Origin: Octopus sinensis
Taxonomy: Eukaryota
Assembly: GCF_006345805.1 (NCBI RefSeq)
Contig: NC_043026.1
Coordinates: 13,557,579 to 13,621,578 of the forward strand
DNA: 64,000 bases
Reading direction: 5' to 3'
Within the stretch, counting starts at the first letter, position 1; every line of letters begins with the position of its first letter. Of the stretch, positions 26,673 through 40,714 are shown piece after piece. A program made the position numbers and the translations under genes. The notes under the pieces were generated by a model. That model was not told the origin of the DNA and ran no database searches. It was given only the letters and a program-made list of their open reading frames with translations.

Positions 26673-26937
26673 TTGTGTGTGTCTGTATTCTTTCACACGT
26701 TTCATCCCAAAGATGAGGCTGCAGATCGAAAAATCGAAGTTAACAATCAGCTTCGTTATTTGTATAATGTCTCTGATTTTGACGATTGTGTTATCCTCTA
26801 TCAGGACCTGAATCATTTATTTACGTTATCCTCTATCAGGGCCTGAATTATTTATTTATATATTGTGTTGTTTCACTTCTGCTAAATGTCCTTTTCATTT
26901 ACTTTCACATTTTTTCCCCTCCTGATTTATGTGACTC

Positions 26938-27360
26938 TGGGATCTTTTCCGTTTGAACGGCAGTTTTTTCTAGCGGTGTCATATGAAATTGTCACCCATA
27001 ATTATGACCCTAGTATCAATCTATTGCATTTCAATCTGTTTTAGGGTTAGGGTTAGAGGTGGGGGGAAGGGTATCTTTTTTTTCTTCACAAATCTAAATA
27101 AACCCAATCTGTTTCTTAAACGAGGGACATATTCATAGGGCACAGAATGTTTTTTACCTCAATAGACATCATTGATTGGTTGAAATTGCAGAAATTGAAG
27201 GAAAAAAACCCCAAATATCTTACAAACTATAGAATTTTCTCAAGAAAGCCAAGAGAAAAAAATGTTTTATAAACACATTTTATCAGTATATGAAGTTTAA
27301 AATTTTTTAGTTACGCAGAAATTATTTTAAAAAACTGCCGGTCAAACCGAAAAGATCCCG
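26938..27360. mobile_element. GGATC-family MITE with 4-bp TSD ACTC
   Basis: actc|tgggatctttt..aaagatcccg|actc. Confidence 0.85.
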
Positions 27361-27562
27361 ACTCAGTCCTAAAATAAAATGGTAAGAGTTATTTTGAACA
27401 TTGTGTCATTATTTTATCTATCACTTGTTTCGGTCCTTTGACTGCAGACCATGCTTGGGTACCGCTTTGAGAAGTTCTTCGTTGAATGAAACGACCCCAG
27501 TACTTGACTTCTTAAGCCTAGTACCCATTCTAACGGTTTCTTTTTACCGTTTTATATTCATA

Positions 27563-27938
27563 CTAGCAGTATCGCCCGGCGTTGCTCAGGTTGTAAGGGA
27601 AATTAACTATAAAGCATTTTTAGAGAGTTATAGCCAAAAAATAGCAAAAAAATGGAGAAAAATTATGGTAAATTTTTTTTGAGAGTAAAAAAGGTGGGAG
27701 TTGCGTCCCCTAACAGTTTGCGGTTTGTGTTTCTGATTCCGACCCCATGTCGAATTTATCGATTTTTTTCAGAACTGGGGGAACTTTTCAAAATTTCGCT
27801 GCGTTAGTTTTGAATTATGACATTGGCTATGTGTGTGTAGTTTCATCAGAATCGGTTGAAAGCCGTGGTCAGGGTGAGGGTACAAGCAAACAGACACACA
27901 GAAAACACGCACAGACAACTGCCGTTTATATAGAGAGA
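27563..27938 (-). mobile_element. Non-autonomous Helitron
   Basis: On the minus strand: A|TC 5' end, 3' hairpin-like gagcaacgccgggc, then CTAG|T end. Confidence 0.8.
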
Positions 27939-27939
27939 T

Positions 27940-28047
27940 TATATATATATATATATATTATATATATATATCAATATATATATATAATATATATATATCT
28001 ATATATATATATATATATATATATCTATATTATATATATATAATATA

Positions 28048-28093
<46 letters not shown>

Positions 28094-28529
28094 TGTATGT
28101 ATATATATGCCTCTCTTTATTGTGTCAGTCATTTGACTGTGGCCATGCTGGAGCACCGCCTTTAGTCGAGAAAATCGACCCCCAGGACGTATTCTTTGTA
28201 AGCCTAGTACTTATTCTATTGGTCTCTTTTGCCGAACTGCTAAGTTACAGGGACGTAAACACACCAGCATCCGTTGTCAAGCAATATTGGGGTGGGACAA
28301 ACATACACACACACACACACACATGCATATATATATACATACATATATACGACGGGCTTCTTTCAGTTTCTGTCTACTAAATCCGGTCACAAGGCTTTGG
28401 TCGGCCAGAGGCAATAATAGAAGACACTTGCACAGAGTGGCACGCCGTGGGACTGAACCCGGAACCATGTGGTTGATAAGCAAGCTACTTACCACACAAC
28501 CACTCCGCGCATATATATATATATATGTG

Positions 28530-28573
<44 letters not shown>

Positions 28574-28900
28574 ATATATATGTGTATATATATATGTGTA
28601 TATATATATGTGTATATATATATATGTATTATTATATATGTAGTATATATATGTGTATATATATATGTATATATATATATATGTATATATATATAGATAT
28701 ATATGTATATATATAGTATATAATATATATGTATATATATATATGTAATTAATTAGGTATATATATATATATGTATATATATATATGTATATATATATGT
28801 ATTATTATATATGTATATATATATATGTATATATATATATGTAATATATATATGTATATATATATGTGTGTATATAATATGTGTTATATATATATATAGA

Positions 28901-28942
<42 letters not shown>

Positions 28943-29448
28943 CACACACAAACACACACACACACACACACACACAACACCCATTTATATATAGTTATGT
29001 ATGTACATTGTTCTTAAACGTTGATGTTGTTGACAGTGACTTCGAAGTATAACCCATTTTAAGCCACTATCAACGAACATTCTTGTTTAGGAATAATATA
29101 TCTGAAATTCCACAAAAGTATAGAGTAACACATCAGATTAACGAAAAATTCTTTTTATTACATATAACTGGAAGTAAAAACAAACGTTAATATACATATA
29201 TACATATACACACACACATATATATATATACATACACAGACATCTATGTATATATACACATACATACATGTACACTCACTGTGCGCTTTGCCTATTTAAT
29301 ACCACTTTCAATTCCATCACAAGTGTGTCAGTATATATATATATATATACATACATATATATATATATACATACATACATACATATATATATATACATAC
29401 ATATATATATATATATACATACATACATACATATATATATATACATAC

Positions 29449-29507
<59 letters not shown>

Positions 29508-29565
29508 CAACAACATACATATATATACATACATACATTATATATACATACATACATATATATAT

Positions 29566-29596
<31 letters not shown>

Positions 29597-29677
29597 CATA
29601 CATACATATATATACATACATACATATATATATATACATACATATAATATTACATACATATATATAATACATACATA

Positions 29678-29709
<32 letters not shown>

Positions 29710-29986
29710 CATATATATACATACATACATATATATACATACATACATATATTATATACATAATCTATATATACATACATATATATACATCATACATACA
29801 TATATATACATACATACATACATATATATACATACAACATAGATAACATACATACATATATATACATACATACATATATATACATACATACATAATATAT
29901 ATACATAATATATACAGACATACATATATATACATACATACTACATATAATATTACATACATACATACATATATATACATACATAC

Positions 29987-30025
<39 letters not shown>

Positions 30026-30175
30026 CATATATATACATACAATACATACCATACCTACATATATATACATACATACATATATATACATACATACATACAT
30101 ACTACATACATACATATCATATATATATATAATATATATATTATATATATATATTAGATATACATACATACATAT

Positions 30176-30206
<31 letters not shown>

Positions 30207-30238
30207 CATACATACATACATACCATACATACATACAT

Positions 30239-30269
<31 letters not shown>

Positions 30270-30609
30270 GAAAAAGGGGGAAAGGAAATATTGTCTGAGT
30301 GTGCATGACTGAGTGTATGGAGTGTGTGTGTGTGTGTAAAAATATTTTGTAGAAAGATGATGTAATATTACTCTGTGTGTGTGTGTGTGTTTGTGTGTGT
30401 CTGTCTGATGATGAATCTGACCACACCGAACCAAATACAGAGGAATATGTACATATACATCCAAAATATACACATAATAGATATATATATATATATATAT
30501 ATTTATATACATACACACTGATGTGTATGTATTATACACATCTGTTGCCTCAAAATAAATTGGTGTATGTGTATGTATATATATATATATATGTATGTAT
30601 GTATGTATA

Positions 30610-30640
<31 letters not shown>

Positions 30641-31066
30641 CATACACATATATAAAGAGAGAAAGTGGGAGACAGCCTAGCGTGAGTGACAGAACCGATG
30701 GTTGACTCATTGCTGTTTGTTTCTCGGGTTGTCATGGACACAAGTGCTCTTGACTGGAATATGGCATTGTGGGATGGGTGGCGGCTGTGTGCGCGTGTGG
30801 GTGTGGTGGTATGGCATTCCTATAATTGGGATGGTGGCGCTGGCAGCGGAATTGCCTAGAGAGTACAGTGGGTGGGACGGGGTGGGTGCAATGGGAGGTC
30901 AGTGGATGCTGACCCACCTACTTCTCTCTCTCTCTCCCTCTTTCTCTCATTATATAATTATGCATATTATAAATAGTTGATGTCTGTCTGTATGTTGAAT
31001 AACATGCATTGTTTTATACACACACGCACACACACATAAATGTGCATACCAATATATCTGGTAATA

Positions 31067-31097
<31 letters not shown>

Positions 31098-31557
31098 ATA
31101 TATGTATATATTACATATATATATATATATATGTGTGTATGTATTATGTACATGTATGTATATATATATATATATATATGTATGTATATACATATATGTA
31201 TTTATGTATGTATGTATATATATATGTATCATCATCATCATACGTCTGTTTTCTGCGCTAGCACGGGTATGTATATGCATATATGTATTTATGTATGTAT
31301 ATATATATATATACAGACACACCCATACACATGTATGTATACTTACAGTACCTCCATGTATATGTATATACCACACATATGCATGTATGTATACAAGGAG
31401 AGAATGAGTGGGAAAGAAAAGGTAAGAATGATAAATATATATGGATTTTATACACACACACACACACACACACAATACATGCTTGTGCACGTATTGCATA
31501 TTACGTATGCACATATATAAATACACACATTACATACATTTATACATACATACATAT

Positions 31558-31626
<69 letters not shown>

Positions 31627-31757
31627 GTATATATGTATATATACATACATATAACACACATACATACATACTCAAGCATTTATATCGATATATGAAGGAA
31701 TACAGAGATTTATGCACACACAAACACACACAAACACACACAAACACACACACACAT

Positions 31758-31788
<31 letters not shown>

Positions 31789-31791
31789 CAT

Positions 31792-31822
<31 letters not shown>

Positions 31823-31862
31823 AACACACACACACACACACACACACAAGCGCACACACACA
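27940..31862. repeat. Block of (AT)n/(ATAC)n/(CA)n microsatellites with a SINE A copy (28110-28510) and small unique islands
   Basis: Direct reading. Confidence 0.9.
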
Positions 31863-34145
31863 CACTGACGGCTATCTGAAGCCGGTCATCCATCCACAGT
31901 AAATCCAGTGATTGGTCGAACACGTCTCTATTGATCCAGGCAGAATCCATAGTTTTCAAGCCGACACAGTGGCGCCACCTAGCTTCATCCTCAGATAACT
32001 ACGAGCCAGTGACATCTCAAGGTCGTCGCACAGACACGTTCTGCCGATCCGATCTGGATCCTTCCGGGGAAGGAAGGGAGCAAGCAAGGTCGCACACACG
32101 TGCAGGCTTGGAGCTCCATAACAGCAACAGATAGGACAGAGACGTGGGGGGATGGGGGGGTTAACTCGTAGTAGTGGTCGTGAAGAAGGAATCAAGAAGG
32201 GGGTGTGGTGAGAGGATGATGTTATGAGGGAAGAAAGGGGTCGATGAATTTTAGAGGCTGAGAAAAGGAGCTGAACATATAAGAGTGATGGCATCCACTC
32301 TAGTATATTCTTTTATTTGTTTCAGTCATTCGAGTGTGGCCATGCAGGAGCACCACCTTTAGTCAAACAAATCGACCCCAGGACTTATTCTTTGTAAGCC
32401 TAGTACTTATTCTATTGGTCTTTTTTTGCTGAGCTGTTGTCATGCATGTATATATTCGTAATTTTGTTCAGGTGGCTGAGTACCCCACAGACATGTGTAA
32501 CCTTGATGTAGTTCTCGGTGAGATTCAGCATGAAACAGAGAGTGACAAGGCTGGCCCTTCGAGTTACAGGTACAGGTCATTTTTGTCAGCCGAGTAGACT
32601 GGAGCAATGTGAAAAAAAGTGTCTTGCTCAAGGAGAGAATGCACTGCCAGGAATTGAACTCATGGCCTTACGACCACAAGCCAAATATTCTAACCACTAA
32701 GCCATGCATCTTCACTTACATAACAGGTCTTGGAAGTTGAAGGTTGAGGCCCAGGATAATTTCAAAAATGGCCAGGTGTTTTAGTAATTCCAGATTTCTG
32801 AAAGCTGGACAATCCTTTCAACTAAAGGTACAAGGCCTGAAATTTCTTTTGGGGGGGAGGGGGGACCTAGTCAGTTACATTGACCCCCAGAAGTACTCAA
32901 TTTATTGACCCAGAGAGGATGACACCAGCAGAATTTGAACTCAGAACACAAAGACAGACAAAATGCCAGTAAGCATTTTGCCCAGCATGCTAATGATTGG
33001 ACCACCTCGCCACCTTAATTAATAATAATAATTATAATAGATGCCGTACCAGGCAGTGGCTCTCATGGCTTCTGATCTTAATTGATTGGAAGTGTCATCA
33101 TGTACATTGTTTTGTCTTGGCATAAACAGATGGGCGACAGCAAATATTCTGCTCATTATCACAGATTTGCTTGTCAGTTGCTTGACCGTAACCAGTTGAG
33201 CATGTCCCTTAGTGGCTGACGATATGTGCATCTTTGATCACGAGCAGAAGTAGTGGGGAAGCATCATAGCCATGTGTTGGGAGGAATTCTTTGGGGTTTG
33301 GATAATTCACCTTTGGAAACATGGGTGTTTCTTTCAACATCCTTAATCCTTATTCAAGGACCTTTTGAGTGGGATGGGCTACTCGACCTGAAGAAAATTC
33401 TAACTGGACCCCCACCTGCAAGGTCATGCGCTGTTTATCTTGATATGAAATCATGTCGCGCACATATGGTTGTGATGCATGTGCCTGGTGTACCCTTAGA
33501 CAGATAGTCATGATGGGTATACTGAGCTTTGTATATTTTTACCCCAGTGTCACTTTGATGGCATACACTGCTCTCTCACTCTTTTACTTTTTTACTTGTT
33601 TCAGTCATTTGACTGCGGCCATGCTGGAGCACCACCTTTTAGTCGAGCAAATCGACCCCGGGACTTATTCTTTGTAAGCCATTACTTATTCTATCGGTCC
33701 TCTTTTTTGCCGAACCGCTAAGTGACGGGGATGTAAACACACACCAGCATCGGTTGTCAAGCAATGCTAGGGGGACAAACACAGACACAAACACACACAT
33801 CATATAAATATATACATATATACGACGGGCTTCTTTCAGTTTCCGTCTACCAAATGCACTCACAAGGCATTGGTCGGCCCGGGGCTATAGCAGAAGACAC
33901 TCACCCAAGATGCCATGCAGTGGGACTGAACCCGGAACCATGTGGTTGGTTAGCAAGCTACTTACCACACAGCCACTCAATAATAATAATAATAATAGCA
34001 ACAATAATAATAATGGTTTCAAATTTTGCCACAAGGGCAGCAATCTGGGGAGAGGGGACTAGTGAATTACATTGACCGGATCTTTTCGGTTTGAACGGCA
34101 GCTTTTAACATAATTTCTAGGTAACTAAAAAATTTAAAACTTCGT

Positions 34146-34245
34146 NNNNNNNNNNNNNNNNNNNNNNNNNNNNNNNNNNNNNNNNNNNNNNNNNNNNNNN
34201 NNNNNNNNNNNNNNNNNNNNNNNNNNNNNNNNNNNNNNNNNNNNN
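34146..34245. other. Assembly gap (100 N)
   Basis: Run of N; the GGATC MITE left end (34077-34145) runs into it. Confidence 1.
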
Positions 34246-34527
34246 ATATATATCCAACAATAGAGAGCAGTCACCATATTTCATTCTATAACGGCTGCCT
34301 CTGATGAGTGCAGGGTTACAAAATCGGACCGTTGCCTCACACTTTGTTGAACCCCTAGTGCAAAACTGATTGGTAAGATCAGCCGTAATAGATATATAAT
34401 ACAGTACACTTTGATTAATATATGTATGTGTGTATATATATATATATGTGTAGAGCATTCAGCCACTTGTACGTTCAATTCACAAGCAAGCTGTTCTGTT
34501 GATTGGATTAACTGTAAAGCACGTCGT

Positions 34528-35306
34528 CGGGATCTTTTCTGTTTGAACGGCAGTTTTTAACATAATTTCTAGGTAACTAAAAAATTTTAAACTTCGTATA
34601 CTGGTAGAATTGTTTTATAAAACATCTTTTTTCTGGCTTTATTGAGAAACTTATAGTTTGTGAGATATTTGGTCTTTAATTTCTTGCATTTCGGCAATTT
34701 CAACCAATCAATGACCGTCTATTGAGGTGAAAACATTCTGTGCCGTATGAATATGTCCCTCGTTTAAGAACCAGATTGGGTTTATTAACATTTCTGAAGA
34801 AAAAAAGATACCCTTCCCCTAACCCTAACCCTAAAACAGATTGAAATGCAACAAGTGGCTGTGTGGTAAGTAGCTTGCTAACCAACCACATGGTTCCGGG
34901 TTCAGTCCCACTGCATGGCATCTTGGGCAAGTGCTTTCTGCTATAGCCCCGGGCCGACCAATGCCTTGTGAGTGGATTCGGTAGACGGAAACTGAAAGAA
35001 GCCTGTCGTATATTTGTATATATATATATATATATATGTGTGTCTGTGTTTGTGTGTCTGTGTTTGTCCCCCTCAACATCGCTTGACAACCGATGCTGGT
35101 GTGTTTACGTCCCCTACACTTGTTACCCATAATTATGACCCTAGTATCGATCTCTCTTTACTTTTTTACTTGTTTCAGTCATTTGACTGCGGCCATGCTG
35201 GAGCACCGCCTTTAGTTGAGCAAATCGACCCCGGGACTTATTCTTTGTAAGCCCAGTACTTATTCTATCGGGTCTCTTTTTTGCCGTTCAAACTGAAAAG
35301 ATCCCG
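34528..35306. mobile_element. GGATC-family MITE (TSD TCGT) with nested SINE A and an internal inversion
   Basis: tcgt|cgggatc..gatcccg|tcgt; SINE head from about 34853; inverted segment about 35120-35286. Confidence 0.85.
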
Positions 35307-35667
35307 TCGTCGCAACCGACGGAGTACCAGTAAAATATAAGTACGCACATGTAAGAATATATATGTCGGCATGTTTGCATGTACGGATTAGAAGTGTGTG
35401 TGTGTATGTATGCACGTGTGTAATAATGCAAAGATGTATGCTTTTCTCAATGTGGTTGTGTCTGCGTGACGATGTTTATTTTTATAGGGATAAATTGAAC
35501 AAATAAAATGAAGAAGATTTTATTTTAAAGTTGTGTTGTGTCCAGTTATGTCCCTTTGTTTGCCGTTCAACAAAATCATTTCAATAGAAAAAAAACCGAC
35601 AACACCGAAAACAAATATTCATATCATGATGATCATCATCATTATCACCACCACCACCACCGCCACT

Positions 35668-35721
<54 letters not shown>

Positions 35722-36645
35722 GATATCATCACTGCCTATTTCTTTACTACCCTCAAGGGGCTAAACACAGAGAGGACAAACAGAATAAGTCGATTATATC
35801 GACCCCAGTGCGTAACTGGTACTTAATTTATCGACCCCTAAAGGATGAAATCACTGCCTATTTCTTTACTACCCTCAAGGGGCTAAACACAGAGGGGACA
35901 AACAGATTAATTCGATTACATCGACCGCAGTGCGTAACTGGTACTTAATTTATCGACCTCGAAAGAATGAAAGGCAAAGTCGACCTCGGCAGAATTTGAA
36001 CTCAGAACGTAGCGGCAGACGAAATACGGCTACGCATTTCGCCCGGCGTGCTAACGGTTCAGCCAGCTCGCCGCCTCATCACTGCTGTCGGTATCCTCAC
36101 CAACAGCAACAACTAGTGGAGGCGCAATGGCCCAGTGGTTAGGGTGGCGGACTCGTGGTCGTAAGAACGCGGTTTCGATTCCCAAACCGGGCATTGTGTT
36201 TATTGTCAAAAACACCTAAGCTCCACGAGACTCCGGCGGTGGGTGGTGGTGAACCCCACTGTACTCTTTCACCACAACTTTCTCTCACTCTTTCTTCCCA
36301 CTTCTGCCACAAGGCAGAGGAACCATGGTGTAACCCACTATGGTGTGGTAAACTTTCAGACCCTAGTCTAGATTGCGATTCCTCTCTACTCCAGGATGGT
36401 TCAGCTCTCCACCCGTTAAAAGCCACCGTTTACAGAATGAGGATAACAACGTAGCTTTCGCGCCTGTGCAACCGCCAGTCTATCTCGTGTGCCGGGTGGA
36501 TCTTCAAGTTGCCACACGCATTCTTAGTAGCTTAGGGTAGGCTCGAATTAGAGATTATTCTTTGTGGCTAATGGCGTGAGTCCTGATTGGAAGAAGAAGA
36601 AGGAAGAAGAAGAAGAAGAAGAAGAAGAAGAAGAAGAAGAAGAAG

Positions 36646-36676
<31 letters not shown>

Positions 36677-37472
36677 CCATATTTCTTTATTACCCAAAAG
36701 GGGCTAAACATAGAGGGGTCAAACAAGGACAGACATAGGTATTAAGTCGATTACATGGACCCCAGTGCGTAACTGGTACTTAATTTATCGACTCCGAAAG
36801 GATGAAAGGCAAAGTCGACCTCGGCGGAATTTGAACTCACAACGTAACGACAGACGAAATACCGCAAAGCATTTCGACCGGCCTGCTAACGTTTCTGCCA
36901 GCAACAACAACAACAACAACTCCTGGACGTTACCCTCTGGTCTCCTAAGACCCAAGTGACCGGTCACACGCCCTCTATAGCATAGAAGGGACCGAGATCG
37001 CAATATGAACCCTGAATGGGACACCAGTTTGTCGCAGGGTTACTCATGAAATGAAGTGTATTTTTTGCTAAAAAAACACAAACACAAGGCATTCCCAGTC
37101 CAGGATTCGAAATCACGGTCTTGCGATCGTGAATGCAACCTCTCTAACCACTAAACCACGACCCTTCACTATTTCATATTTTTGTTTTTCTTTACTCTTT
37201 TACTTGTTTCAGTCATTTGACTGCGGCCATGCTGGAGCACCGCCTTTAGTCGAGCAAATCGACCCCGGGACTAATTCTTTGTAAGCCCAGTACTTATTCT
37301 ATCGGTCTCTTTTGCCGAACCACTAAGTGACGGGGACGTAAACTCGCCAGCATCGGTTGTCAAGCAATGATAGGGGGACAAACACAGACACACAAACATA
37401 TACACATACATACACATATATATATATACGACGGGCTTCTTTCAGTTTCCGTCTACCAAATACACTCACAAA

Positions 37473-38172
37473 CGAGGGACATATTCATACGACACAGAAT
37501 GTTTTTTTTTACCTCAATAGACGTCAGTGATTGGTTGAAATTGCAGAAATTGAAGATAAAAACAACAAATATCTTAGAAACTATAGAATTTTCTCAATAA
37601 AACCAAGAGAAAAAGATGTTTTATAAACACATTCTACCAGTATACGAAGTTTAAAAGTGTTTAGTTACGTGGAAACTATTTTAAAAAACTGCCCTTCAAA
37701 CCGAAAAGATCCCGAGGGACATATTCATACGGCACAGAATGTTTTCACCTCAATAGACGTCATTGATTGGTTGAAATTGCAACAGAAAAAAAACCCACAA
37801 ATATCTTACAAACTATAAAATTTTCTCAATAAAGCCAAGAGAAAAAGATGTTTTATAAACACATTCTACCAGTATACGAAATTTTAAAAGTTTAGTACGT
37901 GGAAACTATTTTAAAAAACTGCCCTTCAAACCGAAAAGATCCCGAGGGACATATTCATACGGCACAGAATGTTTTCACCTCAATAGACGTCATTGATTGG
38001 TTGAAATTGCAGAAAAAAACCCAACAAATATCTTACAAACTATAAAATTTTCTCAATAAAGCCAAGAGAAAAAGATGTTTTATAAACACATTCTACCAGT
38101 ATACGAAGTTTAAAAGTGTTTAGTTACGTGGAAATTATTTAAAAAAACTGCCGTTCAAACAGAAAGGATCCC
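37473..38172 (+). repeat. Tandem trimer (240/230/230 bp) of the GGATC MITE end
   Basis: cgagggacatattcatacg at 37473, 37713 and 37943; each unit ends aagatccc-like. Confidence 0.9.
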
Positions 38173-38644
38173 CTCCCCCTTTCCCTATAAAGCTGTCCAC
38201 ACTCGCTCTCTGCAGAGACTAAAAGCACTTTCTATGTATGCCAGGTGGGGAGCAAGAGAAATTGTCATTTCTTCACGTTTAACATTCTGTGACACAAATC
38301 AAGGCACATAACTCTATTTGACTTACACTGCGTCGTTCAATTGACTGTATAAGCTTTTAATAGTGAAATAATTAAGATATAATTATTGCGATATTTTGGG
38401 GACTATCATATATTTGTTAATAAACCACACGCACTAATTAGCAAAAATAAAACAATATCTGTTTCAACACAAGATTACACACCAGGAATCTTGCAAAACA
38501 AATACATAAACGATAAAAAGAAAAAAAATAAAGAAAACAAAAGTTGTAAATATTCTTTATAAAACCCACAAGCTAAATGGCTTCTCTGTGCTTGATGAGA
38601 TCTCGTTTTATTCTAATTAGGATGAGGGGCCCTTGCTCGGATTA

Positions 38645-39237
38645 ATTTCTCTTTTACTCTTTTACTTGTTTCAGTCATTTCACTGCGGCCATGCTGGAGC
38701 ACCGCCTTTAATCGAGCAACTCGACCCCGGGACTTATTCTTTTGTAAGCCCAGTACTTATTCTATCGGTCGCTTTTGCCGAACCGCTAAGTTACGGGGAC
38801 ATAAACACACCAGCATCGGTTGTCAAGCAATGCTAGGGGGACAAACACAGACACACAAACATATACACACACACACATATATACATATATACGACGGGCT
38901 TCTTTCAGTTTCTGTCTACCAAATCCACTCACTAGGCTTTGGTCGGCCCGAGGCTATAGTAGAAGACACTTGCCCAAGGTTCCACGCAGTGGGACTGAAC
39001 CCGGAACCATGTGGTTCGTTAACAAGCTACCTACCACACAGCCACTCCTGCGCCTATTATATATATATATATACGACGGGCTTCTTTCAGTTTCTGTCTA
39101 CCAAATCCACTCACAAGGCTTTGGTCGGCCCGAGGCTATAGTAGAAGACACTTGCCCAAGGTGCCACGCAGTGGGACTGAACCCGGAACCATGTGGTTGG
39201 TAAACAAGCTACTTACCACACAGCCACTCCTGCGCCT
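38645..39237 (-). mobile_element. SINE family A with duplicated head
   Basis: Two head copies in tandem. Confidence 0.8.
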
Positions 39238-39592
39238 CCCTCAGTTCTGAGACGGTGGGATTTCTTTCGCCAACCTACGCAAGTTAATGCGTGAAAAGCA
39301 AAATAGGAATTTTGAATGAAGTTTCTATGAAACTAGTTTTTAAACATCGAATGGCTATGGGGGTCCACCAGAATAAAATACCGTAAATCCTCGAGTATAA
39401 TCTGCATTTTTCCCCCAAAATTTAAAGGTCAAAATCCCTAGTGCGTACAATATACGAGGTTAAAAATGAAAATTATTTTCTAAGCAATGTCCGTGTCCCT
39501 ATTTGCTGTCCAACAATGTTTATTCATACGCATTTTGTGATGTCGGGCGCGAAAATACCTTAAGCTAAGCCTGAAAGCAATGAAGCCATAAA

Positions 39593-40333
39593 AGACACCC
39601 ATAAAATTATCAACCATCTTACAAACAATAACTCTGAGCACCTTTTCAAACTCCACCGTTCAACCACCCGTGGACATATTTACAAAGTAAGAAAACAGCA
39701 CAGCTCATGACTTTAGGAAACATTTTTTCATGCTAAGAGTTGCTGAAGCATGGAACAAACTGCCGGCATCAGTTGTTAGTTGTCGGAGCACTGCATCCTT
39801 CAAAACTTCCATGCTTCCTGAGATTCGCCAACACTACACCTGATTTTCTCCCCTCCATACACACACAAGCATGTATCTGACTCATACACTGTTCGCTTCC
39901 CAGATATTTGTACATTACTGCATATGCAGACACCCATAAAATTATTAACCATCTTACAAACAATAACTCTGAGCACCTTTTCAAACTCCACCCGTCTAAC
40001 ACCCGTGGACATATTTACAAAGTCAGAAAACAGCACAGCTCCCATGACTTTCGGAAACATTTTTTCATGCTAAGAGTTGCTGAAGCATGGAACAAACTGC
40101 CGGCATCAGTTGTTAGTTGTCGGAGCACTGCATCCTTCAAAACTTCCATGCTTCCTGAGATTCGCCAACACTACACCTGATTTTCTCCCCTCCATACACA
40201 CGCAAGCATGTATCTGACTCATACATTGTTCGCTTTCCAGACATTTCTACATTACTGCATATGCTTTATATGCACTTTCTGACAAGTTGTGGTGCACCTG
40301 AGCACTGTATACAATCATTTCATTATTATTGTT
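39593..40333 (+). mobile_element. CR1/L2-group LINE 3' end with internal 335-bp tandem duplication
   Basis: TRGHIYKVRKQ..RKHFF.LRVAEAWNKLPASVV..FK motif; unit starts at 39593 and 39928; (att) tail. Confidence 0.85.
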
Positions 40334-40394
40334 AAGAATCATCCATAACTTGCAGTAAGCAACATCTATTAAACGTTATTACTGTTATTTCTTT

Positions 40395-40714
40395 TGTGTC
40401 TGGGGAGAGTCATTCTCTTTTAGTGCCTTATTATTTAACACACTCACTGGTTAAATTCCCACTTTTTTTCTTCTTTTTATTTTTCTAAAATTTTCGTTGC
40501 GTCTTGCAACCTTTTCAGTAGTCTTGACTTAAAGGTTGCAAGACGCAACGAAAATTTTAGGAAAATAAAAATTAAGAAATAAGTGGAAATTTTACCGGTG
40601 AGTGTGTTAAATAATAAGGCACTAAAAGAGAATGACTCTCCCCAGACACAACAGAATATGCTTCAACACACGAACTCATATAAAGAATCTTGCAAACCAA
40701 ATCCAAAAACGAAA
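40395..40714 (+). mobile_element. Fold-back insertion (probable Penelope-like remnant) with 12-bp TSD
   Basis: Arms 40394-40514 and 40531-40651; tgttatttcttt at 40383-40394 and 40715-40726. Confidence 0.7.

Noticed and set aside
34300-34340. Hammerhead at ctgatgag
   Set aside because: No GAAA after stem II and no pairing for stems I and III.
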